64,000 bases of DNA from an uncultured Gemmatimonadaceae bacterium (GTDB lineage Bacteria > Gemmatimonadota > Gemmatimonadetes > Gemmatimonadales > Gemmatimonadaceae): positions 352,001-416,000 of the forward strand of contig CAWHHI010000006.1 in the NCBI GenBank assembly GCA_963829055.1, read 5' to 3'. Both the position numbers and the translations under genes were made by a program. Of this stretch, positions 31,116 through 43,699 are shown in pieces. The notes beneath the pieces were generated by a model that worked only from the letters and a program-made list of their open reading frames with translations, did not search any database and was not told the origin of the DNA. The first letter of the stretch is position 1. Every line of letters starts with the position of its first letter.

Positions 31116-31674
31116 TCAGGCGCGATCGTAGTAGCCGAACGGCGGAGCCCAGGAGTACTGGTCGCGATAGCCGATCAGCTGCCAGCCGATCTTCTGATAG
31201 TTGCCGCCATGTTCGGGGTGCGAGAACATGCCGAGCATCGTCAGCGATCGCAGTGGCCCGAATATCTCAGGTCTGGTGCGCTCGAGCTCGCGTAAGGCAA
31301 CGATCTGCTCGTTATGCGACAGGTCGAGGAACGGCACGCCGTCGGGGCGATAGTGGGCCGAGAACTCGGCGAACGCGTCGAGTGTCGCCGTGAAGTCCTT
31401 CTTTGAATCCTTGAAGATCGTGGCGAAGGCGTGGTCGATGAACCGAACGACGCGCGCCTCACGTGCGCCGGGCGTCTCGTCGGTCGGGACGATGTGCGCG
31501 GTGATGACGTCCAGGAGTCGCGCCTGATCGGACGTGAGGGACTCCAAAGCGGCGTTCTCCGGGCACGGTCGCCACGAATACGCCGGCGGCGGCGGTGGCT
31601 TCCGCCCATCGAAGGGTGCCGAGGGTCGAGGCCAGTGCCGCGGCCATGCGTTCGACGAAATCGCGTCGTTCCAT
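31116..31674 (-). CDS. Gluconate 2-dehydrogenase subunit 3 family, Tat substrate (frameshift near 31570)
   Basis: MERRDF Tat motif, IVPTDETPGAREA and GMFSHPEHGGN motifs. Confidence 0.85.
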
Positions 31675-31710
31675 CGCGCCAATGTAGCACGCGGGCTGGC
31701 GGCTGTCGAA

Positions 31711-31922
31711 AGGCGGAGGCGGCGAGCGGAGGGCGGAAGGCGGAAGGCGGCGAGCGGAGGGCGGAGGGCGGTGACTGTCATTCCGAGCGGAGCGCCGTCA
31801 GGCCGCAGTCGAGGAATCGAGACCTTGCTCGATAGAGGGCCCTCTACCCTCGTGATCGCGATTCCTCGACTCCGCCGCTTCGCGGCTCCGCTCGGAATGA
31901 CGACCCCGCTCGGAATGACAGC
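31711..31922. repeat. Heptamer GGCGGAG array plus REP doublet (type A)
   Basis: TGTCATTCCGAGCG..GTCGAGGAATC..TAGAGGGCCCTCTA..GATTCCTCGAC..CGCTCGGAATGAC. Confidence 0.85.
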
Positions 31923-31924
31923 CG

Positions 31925-33319
31925 CTAGTGTCGGCCCGCGACCTCGACGAGCGTGCGGTAGATCATCTCCGTGCCCTGCCGCAGCGACTCGATGCGCACG
32001 CGCTCGTCGTTGCCGTGCATACGCGTGAGGTCGTCGGCACTGATGGGGTACGGGTAGATGCCGTACACCGGAATGCCCCGCGTGCGCCACGTCGAGGCGT
32101 CCGTGCCCGCCTGGAACAGGTACGGGGTCACGTCGGCCGAGAACTGCTGGCGCGCGGATTTCTCCAGCGCGCGATAGAGATCCGTGTTCTCCGACGACGG
32201 CGGCGTCACGCTCGCTGCCGCGTTAGGATTCGCCAACTTGATCTCGATAGCCGGATCGCCGACTACGCGCGTCATCTCGCCAACGAGATCAGCGGCGCTG
32301 GCGCCGGGAATGAGCCTCGCGTTGATCGTCGCTTCTGCCGAGCCCGGGATGACGTTGCCGCGGAATCCGGCGTTCATGAGCACGGGGGCGAGCGTCGTCC
32401 GGATGAGTGCGTGGAACAGCGGGTCCTTGCTGATCTCCTTGTCGGCTCGACGGATGCGTGCAGGGTCACCACTCACGAGATCAGCGAAGAACCCCGACAG
32501 CGGCGGCGGGCTCGTCTTCGCCAGCGTCTCGAAGAATCGCCGAGTGGCCGGCGTTAGGTTGACCGGCGTCTCGTAGGTCGAGAGCTTCGCCATCGCCCGT
32601 GACAGGGCGAAGATGGCGTTGTCGGGGCGCGGCATCGACGAATGGGTCGACGTCCCCTTCGCCGTGAGCACGATCGGCACAGACACCTTGTCGGCGGTCG
32701 AGATGCTGACGTATCGAACGCGACCGTCGGCACCGGTGATGATCCAGCCGCCTTCGTTGAGCGCGAACTCCGCATCGATCTTGTTCCAGTGCTCGGCGGC
32801 GAGCCACGACGTGCTGTAGCGCCCGTTCTCTTCGTCGGCCTCGGCGAGGAAGATCACGTCCCGATCGAGCGGCACCTTCCGCTCGGCCAGCATCATCGCG
32901 GCGCGGGCGAATACCGCCATACCGCCTTTGAAGTCGATCGCGCCACGTCCGAAGACGTAGCCGTCTTTTACGAGGCCGGCGAACGGGTCGACTGTCCATT
33001 TCTCGCGCTCCACGCCGACGACGTCAGCGTGCGCGGCGATGAGCACGGGCCGCTTCGAGCCGTTGCCGCGCAGGCGGGCAATGAAGTGTGCCTTGCCCGT
33101 GTCTGGTGTCTGGACGATGTCGACGTCGAACCCGAGCGCCTTGAAGCGCGGCGCGAGCAGGTTCGCGATGCCACCTTCGTTGCCGGGCGGGTTCGACGTG
33201 TTGACGCGGATCAGCTCGACGAGCAGTGCTGCCGTGGGATCGCTCGGCGCCTGGGCGGCTGCGGGGCAGACAACAACGAGACTCAGGATCGTGGCAATCG
33301 AGCGAAGCGATCGCGTCAT
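31925..33319 (-). CDS. Secreted M20/M25/M40 metallopeptidase
   Basis: HADVV, GRGAIDFKG, DEE, LNEGG and HGNDER motifs. Confidence 0.92.
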   Translation of the reverse strand: MTRSLRSIATILSLVVVCPAAAQAPSDPTAALLVELIRVNTSNPPGNEGGIANLLAPRFKALGFDVDIVQTPDTGKAHFIARLRGNGSKRPVLIAAHADVVGVEREKWTVDPFAGLVKDGYVFGRGAIDFKGGMAVFARAAMMLAERKVPLDRDVIFLAEADEENGRYSTSWLAAEHWNKIDAEFALNEGGWIITGADGRVRYVSISTADKVSVPIVLTAKGTSTHSSMPRPDNAIFALSRAMAKLSTYETPVNLTPATRRFFETLAKTSPPPLSGFFADLVSGDPARIRRADKEISKDPLFHALIRTTLAPVLMNAGFRGNVIPGSAEATINARLIPGASAADLVGEMTRVVGDPAIEIKLANPNAAASVTPPSSENTDLYRALEKSARQQFSADVTPYLFQAGTDASTWRTRGIPVYGIYPYPISADDLTRMHGNDERVRIESLRQGTEMIYRTLVEVAGRH

Positions 33320-33320
33320 G

Positions 33321-33428
33321 TTGTCATCCCGAGGAACGTAGTGACGAGGGAGCTTCTCGAACGTCTTCGTGGCCAGGTCGGCTACGATGACATTACACAA
33401 GATCCCTCGCTACGCTCGGGATGACAAT
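33321..33428. repeat. REP doublet (type B)
   Basis: TTGTCATCCCGAG...GATCCCTCGCTACGCTCGGGATGACAA. Confidence 0.85.
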
Positions 33429-33437
33429 ACGCTACGC

Positions 33438-33983
33438 TCAGCCTAACGCGGTGACGAACTTCGCGTCAGTCTCGATCTCCTCTGGCGTGTCGCGCGGCGA
33501 GTAGCGCGTCAGGACCCTGCCGTCGCGATTCACCAGGAACTTCGTGAAGTTCCACTTGATGGCTGTGGTGCCGAGCACGCCCGGTGCCTGCGACTTGAGC
33601 ACGGCGTACAGCGGATGCTCGTTCGGCCCGTTGACGTCGATCTTCGAGAACATCGGGAAGGTGACGTCGTACGTGAGCGAGCAGAAATTCCTGATCTCTT
33701 CCTCGTTCCCGGGCTCCTGATTCCCGAATTGATCGGACGGGAAGCCGAGCACGGTCAATCCGCGCGCGTGGTAGCGACGGTAGAGCGTCTCGAGACCCGT
33801 GTACTGCGGTGTGAAGCCACATTTGCTGGCGACGTTCACGATCAGGAGAACCTGTCCGCGGTAGGGCTCGAGTGTCGTCGTTTGACCGTCGATCGTGGTG
33901 ACGGGAATCGTGAATAGCGCACGAGCGCCAGCGTCGCGCTGGCCAACCGACGTGTCGTTCGTGTGTTCCGTATTCGGTTCCAT
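33438..33983 (-). CDS. Glutathione peroxidase
   Basis: VNVASKCGFTPQY, GFPSDQFG and IKWNFTKFL motifs. Confidence 0.95.
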   Translation of the reverse strand: MEPNTEHTNDTSVGQRDAGARALFTIPVTTIDGQTTTLEPYRGQVLLIVNVASKCGFTPQYTGLETLYRRYHARGLTVLGFPSDQFGNQEPGNEEEIRNFCSLTYDVTFPMFSKIDVNGPNEHPLYAVLKSQAPGVLGTTAIKWNFTKFLVNRDGRVLTRYSPRDTPEEIETDAKFVTALG

Positions 33984-34056
33984 GCCTAACGTCCCCGCGC
34001 GATGCGAGTGATGGCCACGATCTGCGGCGTGATGGCGAGACCACTGAGGAGATGCA

Positions 34057-34545
34057 CTATCGCTTCTCGTCGGGATGACAGGCCATGTCGACGACGACGG
34101 CACTCGCGAGGATGAGCACCGGGTCTTCGCCGTCAGCGATATCGACACCGTATGTGTCGGTGATGCTGAACCATCGCTTCGACACGGACGCGACGGTGTG
34201 CCCGTCGCGCATGAACTCGTACTCGTGGTCGAGGAAGTCACCCTGTGCCTCGAGGTCGTCGGGACCGGGGACGTCGACGGTGAAGCGGCACTTGAAGAGC
34301 GTGAACAGCTCCTTCTTCACGACGGCCGCGAGCTTGCCGCTCCGGAAGACCTCGTACGTCTTTCCCCACGCGAACACCTTCTGCTTGATGTACGCGAGCT
34401 CGTTGCCTTCCATGTCCTGGAACGAGAGCTGGTCACCGAAGGAGAACGCCTTGCCATCGACGAAGAACGCATCTCGTCCCTGTGCGTCCTGAATCGCGAA
34501 GTCGTCGCCCCAGGCGAAGAACTTCTCTTTCATCACATAGCGCAT
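34057..34545 (-). CDS. LURP-one-related/scramblase-like protein
   Basis: MKEKFFAWGDDF, VDGK and SKRWFSITDTYGVDI motifs. Confidence 0.88.
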   Translation of the reverse strand: MRYVMKEKFFAWGDDFAIQDAQGRDAFFVDGKAFSFGDQLSFQDMEGNELAYIKQKVFAWGKTYEVFRSGKLAAVVKKELFTLFKCRFTVDVPGPDDLEAQGDFLDHEYEFMRDGHTVASVSKRWFSITDTYGVDIADGEDPVLILASAVVVDMACHPDEKR

Positions 34546-34770
34546 GTCGGGTCGATTCAGGTGGCGGGTTCCGGGTCCCGAGAATGATACTCGCTGCGCG
34601 GTAGCCGGTAGCGCACAGCGAAGAGCCCGGTCATCCGCAGAGGCGCGTTCGACAACCATCTGATCGGAATGACGCCGGAGTCAATCCGGTTGATCCGTCA
34701 GATCCGTTCGCCGCTTGGTCTGAGAGGGTTGCCGAAGCAGTGCCCGGCGTCCTCCGCGGTGAATGTCTAG

Positions 34771-36236
34771 CTAGGGCTGTACGCGAACGACCAGCGACTT
34801 GCCCCGCCACCGCTTTGGATCGACGCCAGGCACGCGCGTCACCGGCCGCTTGCCGCCACGCGGGAAGATCACTTCGACATCCACCGCGGCCTCCGACGGG
34901 AGACCGACGTGAACCGGCATCACGTTCTGCGCGTCGTAGCCTGACCCCGTATCGACGAGCCGAGTGGCGATGAGCCGGTGCGAGCCGGCGGTGAACACGC
35001 GCACCTCGGCGCCCGCGAGCGACGCATGGCCCCGCGAATCGACCACGGATATCGAGAGCGAGCGACGGGCAATGTTCGCGGCAAGATCGTTTCGCAGCAG
35101 CGAGTGCATGCCGTCCGGGCGCGAGCCCGTCAGCGCGAGGTCCATGTCGCCGTCGCGATCGAAGTCCGCCCACTGCACGCCGTGATCCGCCTGCAGCGCC
35201 TTCACGTTCTCGGGTGTCACGTCCTCGAATTTCGTGCCGGTGTTGCGGTACAGGTAGTCGCGATAGCTCACGCCGCCCGTGACCGTGCCGTTCACGTACA
35301 TGTCGAGCCGGCCGTCGTTGTCGAAGTCAGCCAACGCGCACGCGTCATCGTGCGACTCGATGTCGAGGCCCCACGCGGCGGACGCGTCCTCGAACTTTCC
35401 GCCGCCTCGGTTGAGGAACAGCCCCCTCCGTCCGTAGTTCGCCGTGACGATGTCGATGTGGCCGTCGCCGTTCACGTCCGCGGCGCAGGGTCGCACCGTG
35501 CCGTTCGTCGAGTCGTTAGGCATTCGCCCTCCCCACGCGACGCCACGCTCGGCCGCCACGTCGCTGAACTTTCCGGCGTCGTTGCGGTAGAGCGCGTTCG
35601 CGTCGCCGTCCATGTTCGCGAGGTAGAGGTCGAGGTCACCGTCCTCGTCGAAGTCGAACCACACGGCGCCGACGCTCTTCCGGCGGTCCGCGAGACCGAC
35701 GTCGGCCGCGACATCGGCGAACTTGCCGGCATCGTTCCGGAACATCACGTTAGGCCGATCGCGAAACGCGACGAACAGGTCGACGTCTCCGTCCCCGTCC
35801 GTGTCGACGAACGAGAGCTGGCGAACAGCGCCCGAGTCGCGTGCCACGCCAGCGGCCGCGGTCACGTCCGTGAACTTGCCGGCGTCGTTCCGATAAAGCT
35901 TCAGTACCGACTGAGGCCCAGGGGCGAATCCGACGAGGAGGTCGGGATCACCATCGCCGTCGTAGTCGCCCCACGCGCCGGCGCGTGTCGCGCGCGCGTC
36001 CGCGACGCCGGCAGCCGCTGCCGCATCGACGAGCGTTCCGGCATCGTTCCGGTAGAGTCGATTCGCCACGCCATTGAACCCGACGAACAGATCGACGTCA
36101 CCATCCCCGTCGTAGTCCGCCCACGCGTTCACGAGATTGCCGCCCGTGCGCCAGCAGGTCGGGCTGCACCGCGGTGAACCGCGGCGGCTCGAGCAGGAGC
36201 AGCGAGGCGATTGCGACCGCGAGCGAGAGGTTTCAT
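34771..36236 (-). CDS. CRTAC1-family FG-GAP repeat/ASPIC-UnbV protein (frameshift near 36150)
   Basis: Repeated WADYDGDGDVDL units, C-terminal GSGYDAQN..VHVGL, and an MKPLSLAVAIA signal. Confidence 0.85.
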
Positions 36237-37839
36237 CGAGCCCACGGCACCTGAGTTGATCGATAGAAGTTCACGCCTAACGCCGACAGCCGCGGTCCCT
36301 GCTCGCCGAGCCGACGCGAAAGGCGTCCCAGTCGCGCGCGGCCTGCGGCGACCATCCCACTTCCGCCAGCGCCGCGAGGCGCGGGAACGCCATGTACTCG
36401 TAGTCCTCGAGCTTGACGAGCGTCTCCGCCCAGAGCGGTGCCTCGACGCCTAACAAGCCGGCCTCGGGGACATCGGGTAACAACGTGGCAGGGTCCCAGT
36501 CGTACGCGTCCCGCACCTCGATCAGCCCGGCCCACTTGAGGCCGAGTACCGTTGCGCTGTCGTACTTCATGTCGAGGTACGTCTTCGGGCCTGGCGACAG
36601 GATGACCTTGCCACCGCGCGCCACGTGAACGGCGGCCGAGTCTCGCTTCCAGTGCTGCACGATCGTGTTCGCCGCGAGACTTCGCCGGCGCGATCTCGCC
36701 CCACCCGATCATCTGCTTGCCATTGGCGGCAACGATGCCCTGCACGCGCTCGACGAATCTCAGATACTGATCGTGCGTGAGCTTCTGCACCTCGTCGCCG
36801 CCCATGTGGAAGTACGGCGTGGGCACCAGCGCGGAGATCTCGCGGACGACGTCGTTGATGAACGTGTACACCGAGTCCTTCGTCACGCATAACGCGCTGA
36901 AGCCGACTTTCGTGCCGGTGTAGAGCGGGGGAGCCACGCCGTTGCAGTTCAGCTCCGGATAGGATGCGAGCGCCGCATTGGTGTGCCCGGGCATGTCGAT
37001 TTCGGGCACGACGGTGACGAAGCGGCTCGTCGCGTAGGCGACGATGTCCGAGAACTGCGCCTGCGTGTAGATAACCACCCGGCCCGCCACCCACCTGCGA
37101 GCTCCCTCCGATGGCGGCGAGGTTTGGCCGCGAAACGATCTCGATCCGCCACCCCTGATCGTCCGCGAGGTGCAGGTGCAGACGGTTCAGCTTGTACAGC
37201 GCGAGCAGATCGATGTAGCGCTTCACCGCTTCGGCATCGATGAAATGGCGCGAGACATCGAGCATCGCGCCGCGCCACGCGAACCGCGGCACGTCGCTGA
37301 TGCGAGCGCCTGTCATTCTGAGACGACGTTCGATGGCGCCACGATGCTCGATGGACCACGGCAGCAGCTGCCGGATCGTCTGCACACCGTAGAACAACCC
37401 GTTAGGCTGCGCGGCGGTCAGCGATGACGCCGTCTCGCGCCACGGCGAGCTCGTAGCCCTCGAGCCCGAGCGCGGTCTTGGACGGATCGAGCGCCAGCAG
37501 AATGCTACGCGGCGGCGCGGCCTCGCCCTCGGCGAGCGTTCGTGGCGGGAGGCGCCAGTGGGTCCGCCGAGCATGGTCGCGAGGTAGCTCGCGATCCGCT
37601 CGGCCCCAGCAGCCCCCGCCTGACGCGACGACCACTGCGGTGGTCGAGTCGATCGGTGAACGTGTCGGCGGGCGTACATCTGCATCGACGACGGCACCGG
37701 GACGATCGCGTGGATTGGACGCGCCGCGGCCACCGCGACGGGTGCCGTTACTGGTGGCGTCCGTCGCCCGCACGCCGTTGCCGTGAACGACGACGGCGAG
37801 CATGATCGCTCGGTCATCGCGGAGCTACGCTCCGACCAT
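36233..37839 (-). CDS. Beta-N-acetylhexosaminidase (GH20), several apparent frameshifts
   Basis: RGAMLDVSRHF, HLADDQGWR, PEIDMPGH, HMGGDE and YLDMKY motifs spread across frames. Confidence 0.85.
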
Positions 37840-37863
37840 GTCCACCTCGGTTAGTCTGATTCG

Positions 37864-39868
37864 CTATTTCGGGGTCAGTCCTGCTGCTTCGTACAACGCC
37901 TTCGACTCGTAGACGCGCCCCGCACGCACCACACGCTCGGTACGCCGGAGGTCCGTGATCCGCTCCGCCGGCTTCCCGTTCACGATGGCCAGATCGGCGA
38001 TCTTGCCGGGAGCGATACTACCATAATCCTTGTCATCCTTCATCACTCGCGCGGGGACGATCGTCGCGATCTGAAGCACGGCCGAGGCGGGGATGCCAGC
38101 GCGCTCGTAGACCTCGAGCTCTCCGTGGAGCGACAGGCCGGGGACGTTGTCCGTTCCGGGAATGAGCGTCACGCCGGCGTCGTACAGCCGCTTGAGCATG
38201 CGACGATAGTTCGCGCTCCCGGCTTCCGCACGCGCGGCTGCCTCAGGCGAGTCGGCTGGCCCTTCGCGCCATTCCGCGCTTCATGAGCGGCGGCATCCAG
38301 TCGAGCGTCGGTCCGAAGATCGGATCGTTCCCGTCGGGCAGCGGGTGCGAGCGATCCTGCCAGACGTTGAACGTTCCGTCCACCACCGTGTGCCGGTCGC
38401 GCAGAAACGAGATGAGCTCCGTGACCTGTGGCGCGTTCACGTCGAACGTCGGCGCGACGGCGGTCGCGACCTCCGGAGTACGCGCGCATTCGTCGGGACG
38501 TAGAGCGAGTCCTGGTAGAACGTGGAGAACAGGAAAGCGGCGTGCTGGAACTCGTCGTACCCGAGCTTGATGGCGGACTCGCACGGTGAGCCCGCGCGGG
38601 ATGTGCCCGCTCAGCCGCATGCCGCGCTTGTGCGCCTCCTCGGCGATCGTCGGCACGAGGTCAGGGTGTACGAGGTTGTAGAGCTTGATCTGCTTGTAGC
38701 CTAACGAGTCGTAGCGCGCCACCCAGGCGCGGGCCTCGTCCTCGGTGCGCACGAGCACCTCGCTCGGGCCGGCCCAGCGTGCCGGGGCCTTCGATGAAGC
38801 CGGCGAGGATGATGCGTGGCGAGAGCATCGTCCCGAGCCGAGCACGCTCGCGTTGCGAGACGGCGGCGTCGATGTCGGATGCCATGTCGCGCACCGACGT
38901 GATGCCCGCCGCCAGCTGCATCAGCCCGCTCTCTTCGCCGGTGAGGAACAGATGCGTGTGCATGTCCCACAGGCCGGGAATGACGGTCTTGCCCGTGGCA
39001 TCGATGACCGTCGCGCCGGCCGGTGTCTTCGACGGAGTCGCTCGGGCCGACGGCGGTGATGCGGTCGCCGGTGATGACGACGGACGTTCGCGGTCGGACG
39101 ACGCCCGCTCGCTGTCGAAGACGTTGCCGTTCCGGATGACGAGCGACTTCGGCGCCGGCGGCGTTAGGCGTCGCGCGATGGCCTCGGACTTCGTGATTCG
39201 AAGTGCGCTTCTCGATCTCGCGGAGCGCAGGCAGCACGCTCAGCCGCGTCGCGCGGCACGGTGATGAACCACTCGGCCCCGGTCGCGAAGAGCTCCTCCG
39301 GATTCGTCGAGCCAGACGGCGCTCGGTGGAGGTCGAGAGCCCGTCGATGAAGACGAGACGAATGCGCTTCTGCGCGCCGCCGACCGAGACGGTCGTGTCG
39401 GCGACGACTTCGGCGCGTCCGACTCCGTCCGGGATAGCAGCTCGAGCCGAGCGCTGCGGACGGCCGAGCAGGTAGTTGGCGCAGCCGCGCGTCGTCGTAC
39501 GGGGAGGTGGCGTCGAGAACGAAGAATGGAGCGTCGCTCGCTCGCGAACGAGGTGGTGTCCTCGCCGACGACCGACCGAACCGAGTCGCCGGTGAAGTCC
39601 ACGCGTTGCGTGACGTCGCCGAGTGCGCCTTCGGGGGTGACGCTACGAGTCTCGAGCGAGACGAGCTCGCCGTTCGCGGTACGAGTATCGGGTCTCGAAT
39701 GCGCGGCCCGCGCTGCCGATCCTGGTAGCGGAAGCGGACGATGATCGAGTCGCCGGCGGAGACGACGTGCATCTCGCCGGCGGGTCGCCCGTGGTTGAGG
39801 ACGATGTAGTGGGTCGAGTCGGCGGGCGGATGCGCGACCGCGAGGGCCAGAGCGAGGAGGGGGATCAT
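37864..39868 (-). CDS. Secreted amidohydrolase family protein, many apparent frameshifts
   Basis: PGLWDMHTH, QIKLY, GHIP, GTD and GSIAPGKIADL motifs spread across frames. Confidence 0.78.
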
Positions 39869-39970
39869 TGACGCCAGGGAGGGTGGAGCGTTGAGCGAAC
39901 TTCCGGGGACAACGATCGTGCGTCAATGGCTGGGGACGATTGACGCGGAGCGATTCCTCAACGTCACGGT

Positions 39971-40499
39971 GCCGGGGCCTGGTGGGAACTACGATGGCGC
40001 GGATCTGTACCGTGAAACTACCGGATACGGCTTTGTATTCAGCGCATCATCGCGCCGCGGTCGGTGGGAACGACGATTTCGCGGATGACACGGAAAACGG
40101 CCGGATACGGCTTTGCATCGACGCTGGCTCTCGCCGGACCCTGAACTAAGGGGACGGCCGCTCGGGAGATTCCTGCGTCCCGAGCGGCCGTTCCCAAACA
40201 GTCCGGGCTCGTTGCGTGAGGAGCCGGACCTACTGAGCGCTATCCTGATTCTTCCGTTTCATCCGCGTCATCGCAGTTCCCACCGGCCCCGCGCAACGAT
40301 GCCGGGAATGCAAAGCCGGGCTGTCATTCCGAGCGGAGCGCGCGAAGCGCGCGCGAGTCGAGGAATCCTCGGCCGTGCGGGTAGAGGGCCCCTCGACCGG
40401 GACGTCAAGGATTCCTCGACTCGCTGCCGCTCGCTCGGAATGACAGTCCGGCTGTTTTGCAGTTCATCCGCCAAATCGTAGTTCTCACCGGCCCCGGCG
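39971..40499. repeat. Nested ~530-bp palindromic intergenic structure containing a type A REP doublet (40321-40446)
   Basis: Outer arms GCCGGGGCCTGGTGGGAACTACGAT / ATCGTAGTTCTCACCGGCCCCGGC, with further inner paired arms. Confidence 0.75.
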
Positions 40500-40568
40500 C
40501 GATGATGCCAAGGCCCGGAGCGTGACGAAGCCAGCATCGTCGTTCTTGACTTCAGCGCGCCATCACCT

Positions 40569-40595
40569 CACTCTATACAGAACCTGTAAGGAGTG
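40569..40595. promoter_or_regulatory. Putative PadR operator
   Basis: CACTCTATACAG-AAC-CTGTAAGGAGTG, overlapping the SD. Confidence 0.6.
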
Positions 40596-40601
40596 TAGCG
40601 G

Positions 40602-40940
40602 GTGGCCGAACCGCTGGCGGTACTGCGAGGGACACTCGACGTCCTCGTGCTCAAGGCGCTGACCTGGGGGCCCATGCACGGCTTCGAGATCACCGCCTGG
40701 ATCGAAGCCCGGGCGACCGGCAACCTCGACATCGTCGACAGCGCGCTCTATCAGTCGCTCTACCGGCTCGAGGAGCGGCGCGCCATCACCGCCGACTGGG
40801 GTGTCACCGAGAACAACCGGCGCGCGCGCTACTATAGTATCAGCCCCGTCGGCCGCGCCGAGCTTCGCGCCGAGACCGCGCGCTGGAACCGGTACGCCGA
40901 GACGGTGACCGGCATCCTGAACACCCCGCAGCCGGCCTAA
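40602..40940 (+). CDS. PadR family regulator
   Basis: GTLDVLVLKAL, MHGFEI and WGVTENNRRARYY motifs. Confidence 0.93.
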   Translation: MAEPLAVLRGTLDVLVLKALTWGPMHGFEITAWIEARATGNLDIVDSALYQSLYRLEERRAITADWGVTENNRRARYYSISPVGRAELRAETARWNRYAETVTGILNTPQPA

Positions 40941-40945
40941 CGCCG

Positions 40946-43683
40946 ATGCTGCCGCCGCGCATTCGCCGAGCGCTCCGCATTCCAGTCGGTCGCCGTCGCA
41001 CCGTCGAGATCGAGACGGACGACGAGATTCGCTTCCACCTCGCCATGCGCGCGGACACGCTGGTCGCGAGCGGGCTGTCGCGCGAGGCCGCTGAAGCCGA
41101 AGCGCTGCGGCGGTTCGGCGCGCTCGAGGAAGTTCGCCCTCAATTGCTCGCCGCGGCACGACACCGTGAGGAGAGTCTGACCATGTTCGAGCGCTTCGAC
41201 GCGCTGCGGGACGACGTCCGCTACGCGCTGCGCCAGCTTCGGCGCGCACCCGGCCTTCAGTGCAGCGCTCGCGCTGACGTTCGCGCTCGGCATCGGCGCG
41301 AATGCGACGATGTTCGAGATCCTCGATCGGTCTGCTGTTCCGTCCGCCCGCATACATGCCTGACGCGGATCGCGTCGGCCGCGTGTACCTGCGTCGTCCG
41401 CGCGGTGATGGGACCGAGCGCATCGACAACAACATCAGCTATCTCCGCTACACGGAGTTGCGCGATCACACCCGCGCGTTCGCTGCTGACGGCAGCCATC
41501 TATCAGGACGACCAGCGCATCGTCGGCTCGGGCGACAACGCGGAAGCACTCGCGGTGGGGCTGGTGAGCGCGAGCTTCTGGTCGCTGTTCGACGCCCGCC
41601 CGGAGCTCGGGCGGTTCTTCACCGCCGATGAAGATCGCGTGCCTAACGGCGCGACCGGTCGTCGTGCTCGGCTACGGTTACTGGCAGTCGCACCTCGGCG
41701 GCGAGCCGATCCGTGCTCGGACGCCAACTGCGCGTCGGTGGGCGGCAGTACACGATCATCGGTGTCGCGCCGAAGGGATTTCACGGTGTCTGGGCGACGA
41801 CGACGGCTGCGTACGTGCCGATCACGTCCGCGGCAGTGGACATGGGCGGTACGGACCGCTACTACCTGCAGCACAATATGTCGTGGCTCGAGATGATCGC
41901 GCGTCTCAAACCCGGCGTGTCGCCGGAGGTCGCGAGTGCGGAGCTCACGCGCGCCTACCGACAGAGCCGAGTGGACGCCGCCGCGACACAGCCGAAGGCG
42001 CAGCCTGTTCGGCCGCAGGATCTCGCGCTTGACGCGTGGCCAGTTCGCTCCGCTGCCGATGGATCGCGGGCCGAAGGCGTCGGACAGCGCGACGGTGGCC
42101 ACGTGGCTGGCCGGCGTGTCGGTCATCGTGCTGCTCATCGCGTGCGCGAACGTGGCCAACCTGCTGATCGCTCGTGGCATCCGCCGTCGTCGAGAGATCG
42201 CCGTTCGCATCGCGTTAGGCGTGAGCCGGAGCCGCCTGGTAGCGCAGCTTCTCACCGAGAGCGTCGTCGTCGCGGTGCTCGGCGGCGATGCTCGGGCTTG
42301 CGCTGGCGCACTGGGGCGGGGGCGCGATCCGCCGACTGCTCCTGCCGGAACGTGGATTGGTCGCTCGTGCCGGTGTTCGATGCGCGCGTGCTCCTGTTCA
42401 CCGGAACGGCAGCGATCGTCACCGGCCTGCTGACGGGGCTCGCGCCGGCCATGCACGCGCTTCGCTCCGACGTCAACGGCGCACTCAAGGCAGGCGAGCG
42501 GGAAGGCGGTGGACAACGAGCCCGAATTCGTACCGTCCTCCTGCTCTCGCAAGCGTCCCTGTCCGTCGTGCTGCTCGTCGGTGCCGCACTGTTCGTGCGC
42601 AGCCTGCATAACGTGGAAACGTTGCACCTCGGCTGGGATCCCGATCGCCTCGTGCATGTCGGATTGGACCTTCGCGGCCTCGAGATCAAACCGGAGGAGC
42701 GACGGGCGCTTCTGCAGCGCGCCGTGGAACGCGCGCGCGCGATGCCGGGCGTCGTCGAGCGTTTCCACGTTGATGAGCGTGCCGTTCTGGAGCACGTGGT
42801 CGGACAACGTGTTCGTCCCCGGAATGGACTCCGCGGATCACCAGCGGACGTTCGTGGTGAATCCCGTGGGCGATGACTTCTTTCCGACGATGGGCACACG
42901 CCTGCTGCGCGGCCGCGCCGTGAGCTCATCCGATCAGGAGAACGGACCAAAGGTCGCTGTGGTCAGCCAGTCCATGGGGAAGCTGCTGTGGAAGGGGAAG
43001 GATCCGATCGGCCAGTGCTTCCGACTCGGCGCGGACACGGCGCCGTGTCGCGAGGTGGTCGGCGTCGCCGAGGACATGACGTTCGGCGACATCAAGGACG
43101 ACGACGGCCTGCAGCTCTATATCCCGGCATCACAGGAACAGAACACAGGTACGATGGTGGTGCGCACGACCGGTGATCCACGTGCCATGGTCGTGCCGCT
43201 TCACCGGGAGATCCAGCGGCTGCTGCCGGGTATGGGCTACGCGCAGGTGCGGCCGCTCGCGTTCGTGCTCGATTCCGTTCTCCGCCAGTGGCGACTGGGC
43301 GCGACGATGTTCACGATCTTCGGCGTTCTGGCACTCGTGCTCGCGGCCGTCGGGCTGTACGGCGTGATCGCCTATGACGTCGCGCAACGCATGCGCGAGA
43401 TGGGCGTGCGGGTCGCGCTCGGCGCCCAGGCCTCGGACATTCGTCGGCTCGTGCTCTGGCAGGGCATGCGGGTCACGTCGGTCGGGAGTCGCGTTAGGCG
43501 TGGTGATCGCGTTCGTGACGGTGCAAGTACGTCGAGAAGCTGCTGTTCGCGACGCCGGCTCGAGATCCGCTCGCGTTCGGCGCCGCGGCGCTCGCAATTG
43601 TGCTGGTCTCGGTGTTCGCGACACTCATCCCCGCACGGCGCGCGACACGGGTGGATCCGATGGTGGCGCTGAGAGCGGAGTAG
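40946..43683 (+). CDS. ADOP/MacB-like ABC permease, multiple apparent frameshifts
   Basis: [27 protein letters not shown] and [11 protein letters not shown] motifs spread across frames. Confidence 0.85.
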
Positions 43684-43699
43684 GCCGATCGAGGCCATA

